Assembly: GCA_041946755.1 (NCBI GenBank)
Contig: JBHGBB010000003.1
Location: forward strand, 1-50,999
Length of the DNA: 50,999 nt
Direction: 5' to 3'
From: a bacterium
Lineage (GTDB): Bacteria > UBP4 > UBA4092 > JAOAEQ01
Shown: positions 46,037 to 50,999 of the stretch, one piece after another
Layout of the letters: every line of letters begins with the position of its first letter
How positions within the stretch are numbered: position 1 is the stretch's first letter
Notes under the pieces: generated by a model
Database searches by the model: none
What the model was told of the DNA's origin: nothing
Seen by the model: only the letters and a program-made list of their open reading frames with translations
Program-made: the position numbers and the translations under genes

Positions 46037-48060
46037 TTTTGCGTAGGATGATTCAAGATAATCCCGCTAATTTTAGGATTTTGGGTTTTTATGATATCGG
46101 TTAATATCGGTTTGAGTTGCGAACCGGTACTAATACCAGCACCAATTATCAGTATTGTTTGTTGTGTCTGTTGCGCAATAAGCTTCCCGAGAGTTGAATG
46201 CGAAAGCGATTGAGTATCGATTAAGATCACGGCATAATTCTGCCCATACTTTTGGAGTAGCTGGTCAAGATTACCCGGATTTTCTAGCATCGATTGCGGT
46301 ATCCGCTCAATGAAATCGAGCCGATCGATAGCGGTGGTTATCGGATTAATTTCGTTACCTGGCGTCGTACCGGTAATATTAAATAGTTCTGCTAAGCGCG
46401 GCGATTTGGGATTACCGTTGATAACCAAAATCTTTCTCCCCTGACCGGCAAACGCGATAGCCAGCGCCGCTGTAATAAAAGTCTTTCCTTCGCTGTTATT
46501 TCGGCTTACCATGGAGATAGATAATGGTTTATCCGTTGCTTTGTTAGCCAAGAGCAGGATAGATAAATCCGAAATAGGTTCATTTATTTCTGGCGACACT
46601 GAGGACCGCGGCGTTATACCGGTATGCGAAAAAGGAATAGTGGCTAAAACCGGTACCGAAGTAATCTCCTGGATTTGTTCCGCGCGATATATTCGGTCAT
46701 CGATATATTCAATGAAATATACCAGAAAGAGACCAAACATAACACCCAATATCGCACCAATGATTAACACCCATTTGCGTTTGGGGAAATAGATATAGGT
46801 TTTTAATACTTTCTTTGCGGTTGGAACGGCTGCAGATGATACTATCACCACATTAGTGACTTCAAGTTTCGCGGCTAATTTCGCATTCTGCAGTTGCGAG
46901 AGTAAGGTATTATACCGATTGCGAAGAGAAGTGGTCACCCGGTCTAACCGGGCTAATTCCATTGCTTTCCGGTCGATCGAATCAAGTTTTTGGGTTACTT
47001 CTTGAATCTGATTGGCTAATTTTTTCTCGGTCGCGGCAGTGGTCACCAATTCGATTTCATTATTCCCATACGATTGGATTAAATTATCGTAATATGCATT
47101 ACGACTTAATGCAGAAGAAGAATAGGTTTTTTCGATTTGCTCTTTAATTTGTTTTTTCGTTTGGTCGATCTGTTCTAATTTCGATTTTACATCCGGATGT
47201 TCATTGGTATACTGGCTGGTTAACTGGGCTAAATCCCGTTCTAACCCATATAAGGTATCTTTTAATAATTTCAAATTCGGATTCGATTCGGTATTAATCG
47301 TTGCCTGCTGGAGTTCCGGTTGTTTGGCTAATTCGGTTTTAATTGCCTGTTTTTTCTCCTGGTCGGTTTTAATGGTTCGCTGAGAAGATAATAAGGCGGA
47401 ATTGAGTGCATCCAATTGATTCGCTAGATTGGTTCGCTGGGTATCTACGGTAGCTAAATGCTCTTGAGTGCTAAACGATTGTTGTTCTTCTTCTGCCTGC
47501 GCCAATTCGTCTTTTACCTTAGGCAATTGTTCCGAGATATAGGCAATGGCTTTTTTCGCATCCCGCTGATTCGTCATCGATTTTAACGCTAAATATCGCT
47601 GGACTAAACCATTGGCGATAGCGACCGCTTCATCCGGTTTAGTGGAAATTCCGCTGATTTCGATGATATCGGTATCTTCAGGATTATTTATCGATACTCC
47701 TATCCCCTGGGTAACGGTGGTAATAAATCCGGGATTGGTGAATTTTACCGGGGAATAGGGTGTTCCGCTGCTATCGGCTAGTTTCAAATCATTAATCAGT
47801 TGTGTGATCAGTTCATAGCTCTGGAGCGTTTCCAGTTCATTCAAGGCCGGAGAGGTATTGCTAATTTTCCCGAGGTTGGATGGCATATCGCCGACAAACT
47901 GCGGTTGCAAATCCTGACCGGTTATCTGCAATGTTGCCGAAATAGAATATATCCGCGGAATGAAACAGATTAATAAAGCGACTAATAGAATTACGGCGAG
48001 TGCTTGGATAAACAGCCATTTCCGACGAACTAATATTTCCCAATATTTACGGATTTCCAT
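46018..48060 (-). CDS. Wzc/GumC-type polysaccharide co-polymerase with degenerate kinase domain
   Basis: Wzz N-terminus, YTNEHPDV coiled coil, TM2, VPVLATIP, SEGKT; no Tyr-rich tail. Confidence 0.88.
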   Translation of the reverse strand: MEIRKYWEILVRRKWLFIQALAVILLVALLICFIPRIYSISATLQITGQDLQPQFVGDMPSNLGKISNTSPALNELETLQSYELITQLINDLKLADSSGTPYSPVKFTNPGFITTVTQGIGVSINNPEDTDIIEISGISTKPDEAVAIANGLVQRYLALKSMTNQRDAKKAIAYISEQLPKVKDELAQAEEEQQSFSTQEHLATVDTQRTNLANQLDALNSALLSSQRTIKTDQEKKQAIKTELAKQPELQQATINTESNPNLKLLKDTLYGLERDLAQLTSQYTNEHPDVKSKLEQIDQTKKQIKEQIEKTYSSSALSRNAYYDNLIQSYGNNEIELVTTAATEKKLANQIQEVTQKLDSIDRKAMELARLDRVTTSLRNRYNTLLSQLQNAKLAAKLEVTNVVIVSSAAVPTAKKVLKTYIYFPKRKWVLIIGAILGVMFGLFLVYFIEYIDDRIYRAEQIQEITSVPVLATIPFSHTGITPRSSVSPEINEPISDLSILLLANKATDKPLSISMVSRNNSEGKTFITAALAIAFAGQGRKILVINGNPKSPRLAELFNITGTTPGNEINPITTAIDRLDFIERIPQSMLENPGNLDQLLQKYGQNYAVILIDTQSLSHSTLGKLIAQQTQQTILIIGAGISTGSQLKPILTDIIKTQNPKISGIILNHPTQKSSPKS

Positions 48061-48070
48061 AAATTAAAAG

Positions 48071-48199
48071 CAAATCCGAATATCGAATGTCGAATATCGA
48101 AACAAGAAGATTAATGAAACAATAATGCAAACTTGGTTGATTTGCTTATTTTCTTTTTGTTTGATTGTTTCGAATTTCGGATTGTGGTATTCGAATTTG
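48071..48199. repeat. ~130-bp AATATCG-family hairpin element, copy 2
   Basis: Homologous to 18659-18789 including the spacer aatgaaacaataa.gcaaa. Confidence 0.85.
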
Positions 48200-49399
48200 G
48201 TTCAAAGCTTTGTATAAATCAAAGATATGCGGAGCGCAGCCGAGAACCACATTCGGTTTGGCATTCCGGATTTTCTCTTGTGCGAATAAGTTAACCGCGC
48301 AGTTGCCGAACAGCCAGATATCGCCAGTCCATTTATTGATATTAGGTACATTTGGCATCGGGATTCCGACATAAACGGTTATCGGGTTTATGGCCTCGAG
48401 TTTGTTCTCATGATGCAGTTTATCGAGGGTATGCCGCAATGCTGATAAACACCCGTTACATGCGCCGCCTTCAATCACCGTAACATTTTTAAATACGCCG
48501 ACACTGCTAATAATCGGCCGTTTAAAATTCCGTTTAACCTGGTTCACGGGAGTTCCAAGAACTTTTATGTTGGCTATTTTAGCTACTCCCAGGTTCGATT
48601 GGGCAGCAACCCGATTCGTGGCCACTTCTTCCGGCTCGATTCCCATTACTATCGTTCCGATAGTATCTACGGCTACCGGATCGGTGCCAGCAATAAGGGT
48701 ATTCATATCCGGAATGGTTTTCCCGGATAATGGCGCCTGACCTTCCATCGCCATGATTCCATCGACTATCGTTAATTGCGGCCGAATAGCGCGAAGGACA
48801 TCAACTACTTTAAACGCGACATCGTTCCGGTGGAACATCAGCCGTTCATGATCATAAATCAAACCATGCAGATTCTTTATCCCTAAGGTTACCAGGGTAT
48901 GCATATGGGTTTTCATTTTCGGTAGGTTGATGAACACTTCTGCATCTAGAACCGGTTTCGGTAAATCCATCTCTTGCATAACGGTAGCATGCGGAACCTT
49001 GATTCGCATTGCTGGAGATTCATCCAGATATACCGGTTTCGCCCCATATTTCGGGAGCGATTTATCTAATCCGGCTAATTTAAACGCTTCCCGGGCGGCT
49101 AGTTGATATCCCGGATTTTCGCCTACCTGAATCTGTTTCGCACCGGCGTCATGGAGTAATCGGACGAGACCGAGAATAACCCGGACATCGGTAGTTATCG
49201 CCGGTAACTCTTTCGGATTCGGGCGTACCAGGTTCGGTTTTATAAATACCGTTTTATTCTTGACCAATTTCTGCAGCGTTACGGTATACCCAATCACTTC
49301 ATCCAGCATGGATTGGATTATTGATAAGCTCTTTTCGGTATATTTCGCCGGAGTTTCCGGTATATTCTTTCGATAGGTGATTCCAATAATAGATTGCAT
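48146..49399 (-). CDS. DUF362 domain protein with C-terminal Cys-containing domain
   Basis: IKPNLV, NLPKMKTH, TLGIKNL.G, DGI.AMEG, DPVAVD; CNGC, GNC, GCAP. Confidence 0.85.
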   Translation of the reverse strand: MQSIIGITYRKNIPETPAKYTEKSLSIIQSMLDEVIGYTVTLQKLVKNKTVFIKPNLVRPNPKELPAITTDVRVILGLVRLLHDAGAKQIQVGENPGYQLAAREAFKLAGLDKSLPKYGAKPVYLDESPAMRIKVPHATVMQEMDLPKPVLDAEVFINLPKMKTHMHTLVTLGIKNLHGLIYDHERLMFHRNDVAFKVVDVLRAIRPQLTIVDGIMAMEGQAPLSGKTIPDMNTLIAGTDPVAVDTIGTIVMGIEPEEVATNRVAAQSNLGVAKIANIKVLGTPVNQVKRNFKRPIISSVGVFKNVTVIEGGACNGCLSALRHTLDKLHHENKLEAINPITVYVGIPMPNVPNINKWTGDIWLFGNCAVNLFAQEKIRNAKPNVVLGCAPHIFDLYKALNQIRIPQSEIRNNQTKRK

Positions 49400-49447
49400 G
49401 GTCTCTTTTAAAGAAATTACTTTGCTCGTTTAACTTCAACCTCTTGA

Positions 49448-50410
49448 TTAAGGACTAATGGTTATCCCGGTTTTATCCTTACCTTGGATCGCTTTTATAG
49501 CACTATCACCAAGAATAATCGCACGTAGCGATGGGGTCAGTTCATCAATAACGAAATTGAGTTTTCCGATAATCCCTTTGGGTACAAAAACGATATCGTT
49601 TGGTTTTAGAATCTGCTGTTTCGGGGTGGTTCCTTTAAGAATTTGTTTGCTAATATTAAGTTGAATAATTTCGGGTTTCTGTAAATCTCCCCGAACGATA
49701 CATACCTGAGTTAGGTTTGCCGAATTGGTATAACTGCCGGCTTTAGCAATCGCTTCCAGGGCAGTTAATTTATTCCCGAGATCATAGATTCCCGGAGTTT
49801 TAACTTCTCCAAGAACGATAACCCGGCTGTTGGTATTATCGGGAATAAAGACGGTATCTCCGGGCTGCAATGGGATATCGAGTTTCATGTTTTTATTATA
49901 TAAGAGTTCATATAAATCGACTTCATATACGGTTTCGGTACCCCGGAATACTGAGCATTGATGCAGTTGGGCGGCTGCGGTAGGACCACCTGCACGCGAA
50001 ATGGCTTCTAATAGGGTCATTTGCCCGGAAAAAGAAATCGAGCCCGGGCTGGTAACTTGACCGAGTACCCGAATCCGTCGCCCGCCATAGGTGGTTACCA
50101 GAATCGTTACTACAGGTTCTTTAACATATTTTTTTAGTTTTGCGGTGATAACGTCACCGGCTTCTTTTTTAGTCAACCCTTTTAGAACAACATCCCCTAC
50201 CAGCGGCATCGAGATACTGCCATCAGGCCCCACGGTTGCGGTTACATTTAAATCGGTATGCTGCCACACCTGGATACTAAGGGTATCTTCGATTGCAATT
50301 CGATATTCATTAGCGACTGCGGGTGTTGGCGAAGGTTCCTCAGCAAAAATCGGGCTGCTGAGTAATATCAATATAAATGGTATGAAACCAAATCGGATAT
50401 ATTTCTGCAT
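49448..50410 (-). CDS. Wza-type polysaccharide export protein (Poly_export + SLBB)
   Basis: DGSISMPLVG, V.VLGQV..PG, L.PGD.VF.P, two SLBB repeats. Confidence 0.92.
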   Translation of the reverse strand: MQKYIRFGFIPFILILLSSPIFAEEPSPTPAVANEYRIAIEDTLSIQVWQHTDLNVTATVGPDGSISMPLVGDVVLKGLTKKEAGDVITAKLKKYVKEPVVTILVTTYGGRRIRVLGQVTSPGSISFSGQMTLLEAISRAGGPTAAAQLHQCSVFRGTETVYEVDLYELLYNKNMKLDIPLQPGDTVFIPDNTNSRVIVLGEVKTPGIYDLGNKLTALEAIAKAGSYTNSANLTQVCIVRGDLQKPEIIQLNISKQILKGTTPKQQILKPNDIVFVPKGIIGKLNFVIDELTPSLRAIILGDSAIKAIQGKDKTGITISP

Positions 50411-50441
50411 AGTTATCCCCCGCAGAATGTTATATAAAATC

Positions 50442-50553
50442 GTAGTTGGGTAAAGGTAAAGTAGTGAGTTAAGTAGTTAGTTGTGGGTCGTTAGTTTTTT
50501 ATTAACCACTTTACCGGACAACTTAACCCACTTCCTAACCCTAACCTAACCAC
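50442..50553. repeat. ~110-bp GTAGTT/GGTAAA hairpin element, copy 2
   Basis: gtagttgggtaaaggtaaagtagtgagtta ... acaacttaacccact..cctaac; homologous to 19268-19380. Confidence 0.8.
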
Positions 50554-50672
50554 TAAACCTAGGTGTTTAATAATGGATACATCCAGTTAGATATATAAGG
50601 TCTAACTGGATTCATATACTCTATTAGAACTATTTAGGATATACCAATTAGGCGGGAATTGTCAAATACTCC

Positions 50673-50769
50673 TTAACCGCAGAGAACGCCGAGAAAGCGC
50701 AAAGAACACTGAGAATTATATAGCTTTCCTCTGCGATCTCAGCGGATTCTCTGCGGTCTCTGCGGTTAA
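50673..50769. repeat. AACCGCAGAG/CTCTGCGGTT 9-mer-unit hairpin element
   Basis: ttaaccgcagagaacgccgag ... ctctgcggtctctgcggttaa; its end contains the stop codon of the upstream ORF. Confidence 0.85.
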
Positions 50770-50999
50770 TTATTGGTTTCTTGTTTCATCAGGGTATCTT
50801 CAGCCTCTTTCATCAGATTGTTAATCCAAGTTGAAATGGCTGAAAGATGGCCGATCATCATGACTACCCGGTCGGGATTAGCATTCTCGAATTCCGGCTG
50901 TTTCCCCTGAAACCGGTTGATACATTGATACATATGGCCTACCAGCATCATAGTCTGGAAAAAGACCGGGCTCCGGTTATATTCGGTTTGTAATGCGAT
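50766..50999 (-). CDS. Partial CDS (C-terminal 77 aa), function unknown
   Basis: Frame open from window edge (IALQTEYNRSPVFFQTMML...) to TAA at 50766; co-oriented with the polysaccharide cluster. Confidence 0.55.
   Translation of the reverse strand: MALQTEYNRSPVFFQTMMLVGHMYQCINRFQGKQPEFENANPDRVVMMIGHLSAISTWINNLMKEAEDTLMKQETNN

Noticed and set aside
464-50453. Numerous 60-190 aa ORFs antisense to or overlapping long genes (e.g. 898-1377, 22164-22745, 45524-45994)
   Set aside because: Shadow ORFs of well-supported genes with no recognisable motifs
50581-50611. Palindrome atccagttaga-N9-tctaactggat upstream of wza
   Set aside because: Real inverted repeat but single copy without a U-tract; cannot be assigned as terminator or operator

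Overview
About 51 kb of bacterial chromosomal DNA (roughly 40-42% GC by eye; lineage not identifiable from sequence alone). It contains: a two-part type II secretion/type IV pilus-like system (F, E and three minor pseudopilins at 249-5510; I, J, K, PilM-PilN/L, M, C-like and a secretin at 35.6-43.4 kb, directly downstream of a wza-DUF362-wzc-wzx-acyltransferase polysaccharide cluster); nagA; a STAND-like NTPase-TPR protein; a radical SAM enzyme behind an intact ORF encoding a catalytically gutted NrdD-like protein; dtd; a hypA-F-C-D operon; two tandem secreted papain-like proteases; tRNA-Gly(GCC); and parAB with two parS sites. A Zn-ribbon/TPR sigma54 activator is followed by a complete sigma54 promoter driving a 62-aa ORF. 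The most pervasive unexplained signal is about 20 short inverted-repeat hairpin elements built from 7-9-nt tandem units. They sit at most gene junctions, supply stop codons and C-termini, occupy the position of ribosome-binding sites, nest inside each other and insert in frame into genes. No transposase, integrase or CRISPR array was seen. All family calls come from motif recognition by eye; no database searches were run.
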